Positions 1 through 9,055 of a stretch of DNA of 64,000 bases are shown here, piece by piece (within the stretch, counting starts at the first letter, position 1; every line of letters begins with the position of its first letter). The DNA comes from Methanotrichaceae archaeon. GTDB lineage: Archaea > Halobacteriota > Methanosarcinia > Methanotrichales > Methanotrichaceae. The stretch lies in the NCBI GenBank assembly GCA_963803145.1, contig CAWDLW010000008.1:128001-192000 (forward strand), written 5' to 3'. The position numbers and the translations under genes were made by a program. The notes under the pieces are model-generated. The model did not search any database, was not told the origin of the DNA, and worked only from the letters and a program-made list of their open reading frames with translations.

Positions 1-700
1 CAAATCAAAAATACTTCCTATGGCAGTGTTGGCGCTCTTTCGACTTGGTGCTTCTGGTTCAACAAGGATCATTAATTTAGGTTCTGAAAAAAATTACGGA
101 AACGCAGGATCTGAAGCATGGCCATTTAGTGCGTTTAATAATGTACAAGAGATAGGAGCGTACGAAGAAACTTATTCTCTCAATGCAGAGGAAATTCGGC
201 ATCTTCAGAATTCCTGGCAAAATATGCGCAAAATCATGGAATCAGACAACCATTATCTGAGGCTACCAGCACAACGATTACTAGAAGGAGGGCTTAGAGA
301 GCGACCAGAGGACGCAATACTAGACTACGCAATAGGCCTTGAGAGACTATTGACGGAAGGAGATAAAAAGGAACTTGGCTATAGATTTGCTCTTAGAGGA
401 GCAACGGTTCTTAGTTGGAACGGTGGAAATAAGAAAATTTTCTTTGATAGGTTAAAGAAATTTTATGATGTCAGGAGTTCTATAGTTCATGGAAGCCGAG
501 TAAAAGAGAATGAACTCAGTGATTCTTGTGTAGAGGGAGAAAATTATCTCCGAAAGATATGGTGGTGGTACTTCGAACACGGCTTTATTCAAGAGAAGGG
601 CTTAAAAAAAGGAACTGATGAAATCGAAAAAAGAATTTTGAGTAATTCTATAGGTAATGTATCATGCCGAGGGAGCAGGTATGAGGAAAAATCACTTTGA
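1..700 (+). CDS. HEPN-domain (Apea-like) protein, probably 5'-truncated by the window edge
   Basis: ORF 20..700 has 'ILDYAIGLERLL...ELGYRFALRGA...FYDVRSSIVHG' with an intact Rx4H HEPN motif. Confidence 0.75.
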   Translation, partial: KSKILPMAVLALFRLGASGSTRIINLGSEKNYGNAGSEAWPFSAFNNVQEIGAYEETYSLNAEEIRHLQNSWQNMRKIMESDNHYLRLPAQRLLEGGLRERPEDAILDYAIGLERLLTEGDKKELGYRFALRGATVLSWNGGNKKIFFDRLKKFYDVRSSIVHGSRVKENELSDSCVEGENYLRKIWWWYFEHGFIQEKGLKKGTDEIEKRILSNSIGNVSCRGSRYEEKSL

Positions 701-732
701 TACTGGAACTAGAATTTCGGCTCCATCTTAAC

Positions 733-832
733 CCTCCACCCCAAAAGATGGCATCAGCTCCTCCAAGGTCTTGAGATGTCCCAGGGCCTCAAGCCCTTTT
801 GGAGTAAGTTCTATAATATACATACCGAAAAG
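733..832. repeat. Degenerate ~95-bp direct repeat, copy 1 (3' remnant of a winged-helix gene on the minus strand)
   Basis: Shares 'gcctcaagcccttttggagta(a)gttctataatata(c/t)ataccgaaaag' and upstream sequence with 1731..1824; minus-strand translation 'ELTPKGLEALGHLKTLEELMP' resembles a wHTH C-terminus. Confidence 0.8.
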
Positions 833-845
833 GTCGCATCCAAAA

Positions 846-1015
846 TGCTCTGCCCCCGCTGCCATCTCCATGAGCTCTCCGATGATGAGGATATCTGCCT
901 GGACTGCTACCTCTCGGATGCAAGGGCCGAACCATCGGAGATTTCTAGACATATATTTTCGTCGCTTCAATATGGTTCTATGATATTTTTCAGAATGCTT
1001 ATGCCTATGATATGA
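846..1015 (+). CDS. Possible small Zn-finger protein
   Basis: Within ORF 776..1015: MLCPRCHLHELSDDEDICLDCYL carries two CxxC pairs. Confidence 0.3.
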
Positions 1016-1124
1016 TGCGAAAGTTTTATAGGATAGTAGCCAGATGGATTATAAGGAAAAACCTGCGGGAAGGCGAACCAAAAGGTCTCTGGCGCTTACG
1101 CGCTCGCATTCCCGCCATAAATAC

Positions 1125-1667
1125 TCAAGGCCCAATTTTATCAGGATATTTTGTAAGAGAGATATAACCTAAAGAAGTATCCCTAAGCTTATCTGCGCAG
1201 TGGCTATCAAAACTGGCGACATAGATCTCTTTTCCCATCTCCTTAACACCCTCTACAGCGCGGAAGAAATCAGCATCGCCTGCGCAGATTATAGCTACAT
1301 CAAAAGCATCCCTTGACGCCAGCAATAAAAGATCTGTTACGAGGGCTACATCAACCCCTTTTTCGTATTTATCCTTCACTTTGCCAGACTCATCATATAC
1401 AACTTTCAGATCAAAGGTCTTGACATCAAACTTGATGAAGCTATTGAACGTAGCATATAATCTTTCTTGATCTCTTGCCCTTTCTTCGGGTTGCGATCGA
1501 TCCACGGCGCAATATATAATAGCTCTTGTGAAATCATATTTCTCCAGGCGCTCAATACCTGTATCAGCGAGGAAATCCACCAATTTTTGATAGTCGAATC
1601 TAATGCTCTCGTGTCGTGATCCTCGGAAGATATTGGAGTTATCGATGAAGATCATCAGGCGTTTCAA
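1125..1667 (-). CDS. NYN/LabA-DUF88 (PIN-like) domain protein
   Basis: Motifs FIDNSNI, EKGVDVAL and AGDADF. Confidence 0.9.
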   Translation of the reverse strand: MKRLMIFIDNSNIFRGSRHESIRFDYQKLVDFLADTGIERLEKYDFTRAIIYCAVDRSQPEERARDQERLYATFNSFIKFDVKTFDLKVVYDESGKVKDKYEKGVDVALVTDLLLLASRDAFDVAIICAGDADFFRAVEGVKEMGKEIYVASFDSHCADKLRDTSLGYISLTKYPDKIGP

Positions 1668-1730
1668 TGAACCACCTTGAGGGCAAATTCTTTCTTGAGG
1701 TTAAGTAGCTAACTATTGATGTCTAAGTCT

Positions 1731-1824
1731 CCTCCAATCCAAAAGAGGGCATCCTTCAGTGCATTGAGGTGCCCCAGTGCCTCAAGCCCTTTTGGAGTAG
1801 TTCTATAATATATATACCGAAAAG
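1731..1824. repeat. Degenerate ~95-bp direct repeat, copy 2
   Basis: Similar to 733..832, with indels. Confidence 0.8.
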
Positions 1825-1941
1825 TATCAATCCCGTCAAATTATCCCTGGGACGAAGGCACCCTTCAGCTCCTCAAGACAATCCATGTCGAGAATGTGAC
1901 CTAAAACACTTAAATCCCATTGAGCTGTATAGAGTCTCGAT

Positions 1942-2202
1942 ATGTTTGCTGAGTATATTGAGGCTGCTTTAGAAAGGGCGGTCTATAAAACTCTCGAAGA
2001 CGAGGAGGAGCCTATCTTTGTCTCTGTTCCCGAGCTTCCTGGCGCCTGGGCGACAGGCAAGACCATTGAAGAGGCTCGGAAGGAGCTTATCTCAGTTATT
2101 GAAGGCTGGATTGCTTTGAGGCTAAGGATGGGCCGATCGATACCACCTATAGGCGGACACGTGATAACTGCGTCTACTGAACCGGTGAGTATCGCTGAAT
2201 AG
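1942..2202 (+). CDS. hicB: HicB-family antitoxin
   Basis: 'VSVPELPGAWATGKTIEEARKELISVIEGWI' is the HicB signature. Confidence 0.9.
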   Translation: MFAEYIEAALERAVYKTLEDEEEPIFVSVPELPGAWATGKTIEEARKELISVIEGWIALRLRMGRSIPPIGGHVITASTEPVSIAE

Positions 2203-2263
2203 ACTTACACCGATCTCACGGCCTGAGCTTATCAAGCGTGATGAATGGCTCTCGGTAGCTTAA
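2195..2263 (+). pseudogene. N-terminal remnant of a HicA toxin
   Basis: Overlaps the hicB stop; translates (L)NRLTPISRPELIKR and then loses similarity and stops. Confidence 0.5.
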
Positions 2264-2308
2264 TCAAACGCTTTTTCGTCCGATGATCGCACTCTGACTG
2301 AAGGATTT

Positions 2309-2590
2309 TTACAATCGATCAATCAATTCTTCTCTTGTAATCCCCGCTTGCTTCATGGATTCAAGCAATAGACCTTTCCTCATCTCTCTCTTGTCTTCTT
2401 CCACGGGAATCTCTAACCCTCTGGCGGCCAGGCTCTCTATGTAGCCCTCAATAGCTTCTTTTGCCATTCCAATAGCCTCCTCTACAGTTTCGCCAGATGT
2501 CAGACAGCCTGGTAGAGCAGGGACGATAACTGTATACGAGCCGTCATCCTCTTTTATTAGTTGAATTTTGTAACGCAGAGTCCTCATCAT
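2309..2590 (-). CDS. hicB: HicB-family antitoxin with a HicA-like C-terminal tail
   Basis: 'YTVIVPALPGCLTSGETVEEAIGMAKEAI' followed by 'REMRKGLLLESMKQAGITREELIDRL'. Confidence 0.8.
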   Translation of the reverse strand: MMRTLRYKIQLIKEDDGSYTVIVPALPGCLTSGETVEEAIGMAKEAIEGYIESLAARGLEIPVEEDKREMRKGLLLESMKQAGITREELIDRL

Positions 2591-2830
2591 CCGTTATACA
2601 AGTCTTTTGATGTATTTATGCTGTGCCATGACATAGAATTGTGAGCGTGAGTCGACCAACCAAAAGCGTTTTCGCCTGATCCTTAATAAAGAGAAGATCT
2701 TGAAAAGCTTGATTAAAGTGATGCTGATGCAGGGATTCGCTTAGTGACTAATAGAGCTAGGCTAATAGATATGGTTGCTCTCCAAATTCCGTCTTTAGCA
2801 TGTAGCGAATTAAGTCCGATGGCTTTGATC

Positions 2831-3634
2831 TCATAACTTCACAAGATCAAAGGCCCATCGGCTCACGCGTGGTGCAACGTTGCCCGATCTGCGGTAAAAC
2901 TGAACTTCAAAATTCATGCTTCTATATTTCTCAATGAGTCCTTCTATCTGATGACGCTTCTTAAATGTGTAGAAGTGTATCAACCCTCCTTTTTTTACAA
3001 CAGGGCTTACGATCTCCAGGATATCATCTCTCCCATAAGGCGTTGGGATAATTGCCCTGTCGAACCTCAGCTTAATCATTCTTGGAATAAGAAAAGCATC
3101 GCCATTTATTATCGTAATGTTATCTTCAACGCCATTGAGTTTAGTATTCTCTGCCATCCATCTGCATGCCTCGCTATTGCTCTCTACAGCAACAGTTTTT
3201 GCGCCTCTGGCTGCAACAGGTATCGCAAAAGGGCCGACACCGCAGAATGGAACCAGCAAATGCTCTCCCGGCTTAGTCATCAGGGCTATCCTTCTCCTCT
3301 CATAGCTAAGGCTGCTGTTGAAGAAAACTTTGGTCACATCTAAGTGATATAAGTATCCAAGCTCTTTATGTACTGTAACTGTATCCTTGCCTGCCAGAAC
3401 CTCAAAGCTGGCAACTCTTCTATCTCCATCAAGTTTGGATACTTTATTGAGCACGGTCTTGATATCTCTTCTATTGGCAATCAATGACTCTGATATTGCC
3501 CGCTTATAATCGCTCAACTCAGGAGGAATGGAAACGATGGCGATATCTCCAATGGTGCGAAAATGGTTTGAGATTTTATTTATCACTGTTTCGGGAAGGC
3601 TTTCTTGTAGATGGTCCCTCAAGTTCATTAGCAA
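2831..3634 (-). CDS. Trm5/Tyw2 (Met-10+)-like class I SAM-dependent tRNA methyltransferase
   Basis: Motifs IGDIAIV, TVHKE.G..YHLDVTKVFF and PFCGVGPFAI. Confidence 0.85.
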   Translation of the reverse strand: MLMNLRDHLQESLPETVINKISNHFRTIGDIAIVSIPPELSDYKRAISESLIANRRDIKTVLNKVSKLDGDRRVASFEVLAGKDTVTVHKELGYLYHLDVTKVFFNSSLSYERRRIALMTKPGEHLLVPFCGVGPFAIPVAARGAKTVAVESNSEACRWMAENTKLNGVEDNITIINGDAFLIPRMIKLRFDRAIIPTPYGRDDILEIVSPVVKKGGLIHFYTFKKRHQIEGLIEKYRSMNFEVQFYRRSGNVAPRVSRWAFDLVKL

Positions 3635-4820
3635 ATTAAAGCCTGAACAAATATATCAAGAGATCTGAGGCTGAACTTTAACTTTCGTCTTTGCGATGAT
3701 TTGATATTTAATTTAAAATTGTTTATTCATTAGATACTATTATTTCTCTCTAATCCTTGAACTCTCACTTTCGGTCAAGAGGCCTAATAATTAACGGTTA
3801 TTTTAGTGATATCAAATATAAATATAATTTAGATATTATTTTTTCCATATTTCTATTATGATTCTTGTTAAATTTTTAGTTATTTTCTTATGATCATAAA
3901 TTAGTATATATCATCAAGTGATATGTTAATTATATTTAACAATATATGTATAATCTTAAAACCAAAAACTATACATATCTTTATATTTATAACTTTAATA
4001 TAGATATACGTTTAAACTGCTGAATATAAATTATCTAAACAGTTTTATAGAATACTTTTGACCATAAAAAGTCAATACTTTGTATACAGGAATAGTATTT
4101 ATAAAATTACTCCAATTCTTCTTAGCACCTATATATCATTCTTATAGTAATTGGGAATCAATTCGTTCTTTAAACCATTATATCGTTTGAGGAGTATTTT
4201 GACCTAGTTAAGGGAGGGTATGCGCGCCAAGGACCCCATATTCATATAGTATTTGGAATAACTGAGCTAACAAAATCGTAGTTTAGTTTGACAGCATTAA
4301 CTCTGTTACCATAGTGTATAAGAATAGATTAATACCAGGCTATTATACCGGGAAGAAACCTTGAGGAGTGACTTAGAAGTTACTCTTCTGAATAGCGGCT
4401 GAAATTCTCTAAGGCGAGTTAACTAAATTGAATGTCGGATCTAGAACATTTTAAGAATTACTTTTCAATAAATACTATAATAACTAATAAAGACTAATTA
4501 TTTAATATTTTTCAATGATCTAATTGTTAAATTATTATGTTACATTTTCTTAGTACACAAAATAAAATTAAATAATTATAACAATTAAAATCTTAAATAA
4601 TCAATTCATTATCAAATAATCTATTAATATTATCATTTTAGTCCTATATTTATTGTTTTCCCGGTTTAAAGAACGAAAAGTGAGGATTAAGATATCAATA
4701 ACATAATATAAAAGTTAAAAGATTTCGTAATTCGAAATAAAATATGTTGATGCCTAAAACTATCAGAGATTCTCGATTTAGGAATTAGGCCGTATTAACC
4801 CAAAGCTATGGCTTCTCCAA
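3635..4820. other. 1.2-kb very AT-rich non-coding region with a perfect 15-bp inverted repeat (4162..4176 / 4663..4677)
   Basis: No ORF of 60 aa or more in the track; TTCGTTCTTTAAACC ... GGTTTAAAGAACGAA. Confidence 0.75.
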
Positions 4821-4830
4821 AGTGAGAGCC

Positions 4831-5595
4831 TCATTCGAACCCTTTGATGAAGCTCTTAATATTGTACTGCAGGTCAGGATGGTATCCTCCCTCAAGCACA
4901 GCAAATCGCTTTCCATGACACTTCATAGAGCCTTCACGGATTACACGGCCTATTCTTTCATAATCCTCAGTCCGGAGAAGCCCGCCCCAATCTTCAATGT
5001 ATGTATCGAAGCCCGCAGATACGCCTACGATATCGTATTCAAAATCGCGGAAGGCATCCTCTACTTGCCGAATGTAGCTGCTGCTATCCAGGCTTAAATA
5101 GTTAAAGTCCAGATCTACTGACCCAGGGTTAACGATCTTTACGTTCTCATCCCCGCGGAATATACTCACAGTTCCATCGCCAAAGTGGAGATCGATATCG
5201 ATTATCAGGACACGTTTTGCCTGATGCCTAATCTTTTGCACAGCTATTGCCATATTGTTGAAGAAACACATTCCCCATGCTCTATTGGCTGAAGCATGGT
5301 GCCCAGGTGGCCTGATCAGTGCAAAGGCAGGTTCTCCCTTTAGGGCAAGTTCAGCAGCGCAAACGGCTCCGCCTGCTGCTAAGCTGGCGGCCTCATAAAG
5401 GCTTCTATGCCGCACTGCATCAATATGATCGGTCCCATGAACTAGGCGTATATCCTCGAGGTTGGCGGACTTCGGCTGAATAAAATCATAACCTTCTTTT
5501 TGCAACTCTAACGCCGGCAGTATAACTCGATCAGCATCCTCTACTGGATTTGTCGGATATCTATCTCCGAATTTAGCGCTATAAACTACCTTCAT
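4831..5595 (-). CDS. Histone deacetylase/AcuC-family deacetylase
   Basis: Motifs RPPGHHA, GMCFFNN, IDIDLHFGDGT, SAGFD and LEGGY. Confidence 0.95.
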   Translation of the reverse strand: MKVVYSAKFGDRYPTNPVEDADRVILPALELQKEGYDFIQPKSANLEDIRLVHGTDHIDAVRHRSLYEAASLAAGGAVCAAELALKGEPAFALIRPPGHHASANRAWGMCFFNNMAIAVQKIRHQAKRVLIIDIDLHFGDGTVSIFRGDENVKIVNPGSVDLDFNYLSLDSSSYIRQVEDAFRDFEYDIVGVSAGFDTYIEDWGGLLRTEDYERIGRVIREGSMKCHGKRFAVLEGGYHPDLQYNIKSFIKGFE

Positions 5596-5720
5596 TATTA
5601 GACCGATAGAGCATGTATTATTACTGTATGAGATTTAACTTATTCTTCTGAAATTCCAGTGTTCCTTTCTGGGACTCGGCTGAAAAGCTAGATATTCTAC
5701 ATCTTCTAAGCAAATATTGC

Positions 5721-6065
5721 ATGCCTAATTTCAAAGTCCTGCTTGAGGGTGCCTGGCTGGTCAGAGATGTCAAAACCGCTGATGATGCGATCGGCGTTGC
5801 TATTTCTGAGGCGGGCAAGCGGTTGAACCAGAACAAGATGGATTTCGTTGATGTAGAGGTCGGTCAGCTGGATTGCCCTGGCTGCGGCGAGGCATTGGAT
5901 GCCATCATCCTCGTTGCAGGCACAGCTCTAGTGGGCTTGCTCTTTGAAATAAAAATATTCAATGCAGAAAGCGAGGAGCATGCTGGAAGGATAGCTAAAT
6001 CAATGATAGGTAAGGCGCTAGGATCTATTCCCCTGAGGGTTGTTGAGGCGACAGAATTGGATTAA
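5721..6065 (+). CDS. DUF555 (UPF0212) protein
   Basis: 'AWLVRDV...DDAIGVAISEAGKRLN...CPGCGE...FNAESEEHA'. Confidence 0.85.
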   Translation: MPNFKVLLEGAWLVRDVKTADDAIGVAISEAGKRLNQNKMDFVDVEVGQLDCPGCGEALDAIILVAGTALVGLLFEIKIFNAESEEHAGRIAKSMIGKALGSIPLRVVEATELD

Positions 6066-6119
6066 TGCAAGATTAATGCTTATATCTTATATAATCCAAC
6101 TCAGGGCTTATCCTCGCGC

Positions 6120-8429
6120 TCAATGATTCCTATTGCCAGAACCCTTCAACTGCTTAGTCACTGTGCGCTCTACACCTAGCTTTTGTGCCAGAATCCTAAG
6201 ATCTTCTCTCACGCTTTTAGAGCGCTTAGTTCTTTTTTCGGGGTCCTTCTTTGCCACTTCGGCATTTTCAATATGTACTGCAGGTGCAACGGCACCCCAA
6301 TCCTTTATTTTATTCTCTATGATCTTTCGGCCTGGGGCTGCACTTACTACTGTCAACTCGTCTCGAACCCATACAGGCAGGAACTGATTCACACTGCCAA
6401 GTCCATCGCCTCCGAATCTTCGATCACAGAATAGGAGAACTCCGCGCTCCGACTCCGCACGTATCACTCGGCCTGCGGCCTGGAGTGCTCTGTTTATCGC
6501 TGGAAGAGTATAAGCAATAAGCATGCCATTTGTCTTTCCATACTTTCTGATATAATAGGCGTTGACCTCTTTTTGGATATCATCGTAAACAGCCAAAGGC
6601 AGGCCAATAACAGCAACGCCGTTCAGAGCCTCCCCCTTGTAATCAATGCCTTCTGCAAGCTTTCCTCCGCAGACGCCCATGAGCACACCACCGCCCTCGC
6701 TCCCAAGACGGAAAAACATCTCCAGAAGTTCTGTTACTCCCTCAGAGCCTCTGGGCTCGATACAGAGCTTTTTTCCGGCCTTCTTCGCGGATGTAAGGCA
6801 GATGCTTCTATAGTTATTCATCATCGGATAGGATGTGAAGAAAACAGCCACATTTCCCGGCACACATTCTATCAGCGATTGTATATGCTCCGATATCTCG
6901 CGTTTGTTATCGGCATCCTCTCTGGATTCAAGTTGAGTCGTTGCCTTTTCCGAGGCTATTAGAAGCCTGTTCTCTCTGGGAAATGGATTGGGGAGGCTAA
7001 GCTTCATTGCTCTGTTCTCCTCACCTAGACAGTAGAGCTCATAGGCATCCTGCGGCGAAAAGGTACCGCTCAGCATAATGGTTGCATTTATGTTATCGAC
7101 TATGCGTCTGATCGTGGATGCCGGATCTATTTTGTTTACCTCGAGCCTAGCCCATTTCCTGCTTCCACTGACAGTTACAACAATCTTTCTCTGGTAGGAT
7201 TCATCTGTTTCAGCCTGCTCTATATCTCTCAGAAACAGAAGTACAAGCGCTAGACTTGGCTGGATATCTCCCTGCAAATTCTCGCGATCGCCTTCAGATA
7301 GGTTTAGCTCGGCAACTGCCACTGCCACATCTGAAAAATAGGACAAAGCCTCGTCGATATCCTTTATTCCATCATACAGAAAGGTCCTGAAAAGGTCTGC
7401 GTCCATTAGCGCCTCTCCTTCCTGCATTCTGGCCTGTCGGCTCAAAAGGAACTTCTTCAGCCTCGGCAGAAGGATTCGTATAACTTTTATGCCCTCACGC
7501 CTCCAGGATGATTCAGTCTTTGTCTCCTCAAGCCTGGCCTGGCCAAGTGTCCCCTCAAACTTGTCAACCTCGCGCTCTGCCAGATCGATCATGTGAGTCG
7601 TCAGGGTTCGAGCACTCATTGCCCTGATCATATCGCCTAAGTTATGCGCCTCGTCTACGATCAGCGTAACATTATCGCGTTCAATCTCCAGCCACTGGAA
7701 GATTATATCCTGGAAGTCGGGGCTGAAGATATGGGAGTAGTTTACAATTACGATATCGCTGTTCTTAGCGTAAAGGCTCATGACCTCATATGGGCAGACT
7801 CCCTGGCAGGCATCAGCAAGCTCTGAAGGCGGAGTAACCTTGTCCTTCATTTTATCAATGATTTCCAACGCCAGTCCCGAGCGGCGAAAATGTACCTTTC
7901 CATTAAGCTCGAAGGCCTCGCGGCTTTTTAGATAATAGGGACAAAATGTTCTGTATCCTGGCTCTTCCTCAGGTATGCTGTCCTTAGAAGGATCATAAAC
8001 TCTCGCCTCGGATTTATTTATTCTCGAGGATACAAAATTCTTCGTCCATTCCCTTAGCCGGGAGCATCCGGAATATACGCTCTCGTCGTGGAACTCCCCC
8101 TCGATAGGACACATCTTCTGCTTGCCGACCATGTAGGAAATCTCAGGATGGTGACGTGTTCTGGACCAGATTTTATTGATTTCATTAATGTAAATGCCAA
8201 TCTGCGATACAGTTCTGACGGCTACCATAATCTTCCCAGGGCTCGCGGCGAGTGCAGCACTGATACAGCTTGTCTTGCCCGTTCCCGTCGGCGCATCTAT
8301 CATTAGAACGCCGTGATCTCCCTTGCTGACGCACTCGTATACGGCATCAAGCATCCTATCCTGGTGCGGTCTCAGAGATTCATAGGGAAAATAATCCAGG
8401 TACACGTGCGATAATCTGCTCCCGGACAA
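6120..8429 (-). CDS. XPD/Rad3/DinG-family Fe-S DNA helicase
   Basis: Walker A APTGTGKT, DEAH, MLSGT, EGIDY, QAAGRVIR and Cys ligands (CP...CPY). Confidence 0.92.
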   Translation of the reverse strand: MSGSRLSHVYLDYFPYESLRPHQDRMLDAVYECVSKGDHGVLMIDAPTGTGKTSCISAALAASPGKIMVAVRTVSQIGIYINEINKIWSRTRHHPEISYMVGKQKMCPIEGEFHDESVYSGCSRLREWTKNFVSSRINKSEARVYDPSKDSIPEEEPGYRTFCPYYLKSREAFELNGKVHFRRSGLALEIIDKMKDKVTPPSELADACQGVCPYEVMSLYAKNSDIVIVNYSHIFSPDFQDIIFQWLEIERDNVTLIVDEAHNLGDMIRAMSARTLTTHMIDLAEREVDKFEGTLGQARLEETKTESSWRREGIKVIRILLPRLKKFLLSRQARMQEGEALMDADLFRTFLYDGIKDIDEALSYFSDVAVAVAELNLSEGDRENLQGDIQPSLALVLLFLRDIEQAETDESYQRKIVVTVSGSRKWARLEVNKIDPASTIRRIVDNINATIMLSGTFSPQDAYELYCLGEENRAMKLSLPNPFPRENRLLIASEKATTQLESREDADNKREISEHIQSLIECVPGNVAVFFTSYPMMNNYRSICLTSAKKAGKKLCIEPRGSEGVTELLEMFFRLGSEGGGVLMGVCGGKLAEGIDYKGEALNGVAVIGLPLAVYDDIQKEVNAYYIRKYGKTNGMLIAYTLPAINRALQAAGRVIRAESERGVLLFCDRRFGGDGLGSVNQFLPVWVRDELTVVSAAPGRKIIENKIKDWGAVAPAVHIENAEVAKKDPEKRTKRSKSVREDLRILAQKLGVERTVTKQLKGSGNRNH

Positions 8430-8526
8430 GATAAAGTCTATCCATGGGCCGAAACTGAGCTGGTAGAAAACTTAAAATTGTATTGATATATAGAAGATAC
8501 TTCAGCAATGAATGAGGGGGAACTAA

Positions 8527-9054
8527 ATGAAACTAGTTGTTACAGCTCTGTTCATGCTTATGACAGCAGCTGTTGTAATACAGGTGGTATCCTCAACCGC
8601 CTTTGACTTCAACGGTCATTTGCAGGCAGCTGACCCTGATGCGAAAAGTATGGAGATGAAAATAGCAGAGACTCTCCATAATATTGCTTCAGCTTCTCCA
8701 TCCGGCCAACCCAATGGGGGAACGACGAACCAAAGGGCGAATGAACCTTCAGTCAATTCATCCGCATTTAACCTATCAATCAATGCTACGTCACATAATT
8801 CATCTATGATAAACAGCTCAGCAAAGCTGAGTAGCCCGGGCAGTTCAGCAATTACAGGCGGTTCGGCGATTACAGATGGCACTACAGTCTCCTCTCAGGA
8901 GATGGGTTCCAGCAGCAAGGGTGTATCCAATGGATTTTGGGGAATTCAAGCAAGCAAGCACGTCATGGGCCAAAGCGATATCAAATCCCAGATGTTCCTT
9001 AGCGGCACCTTTGATGTCGATAAGACTGTGAAGTTCTCAGACCGAGGATCATAG
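8527..9054 (+). CDS. Secreted Ser-rich hypothetical protein
   Basis: Signal peptide and low-complexity Ser/Asn middle. Confidence 0.7.
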   Translation: MKLVVTALFMLMTAAVVIQVVSSTAFDFNGHLQAADPDAKSMEMKIAETLHNIASASPSGQPNGGTTNQRANEPSVNSSAFNLSINATSHNSSMINSSAKLSSPGSSAITGGSAITDGTTVSSQEMGSSSKGVSNGFWGIQASKHVMGQSDIKSQMFLSGTFDVDKTVKFSDRGS

Positions 9055-9055
9055 G

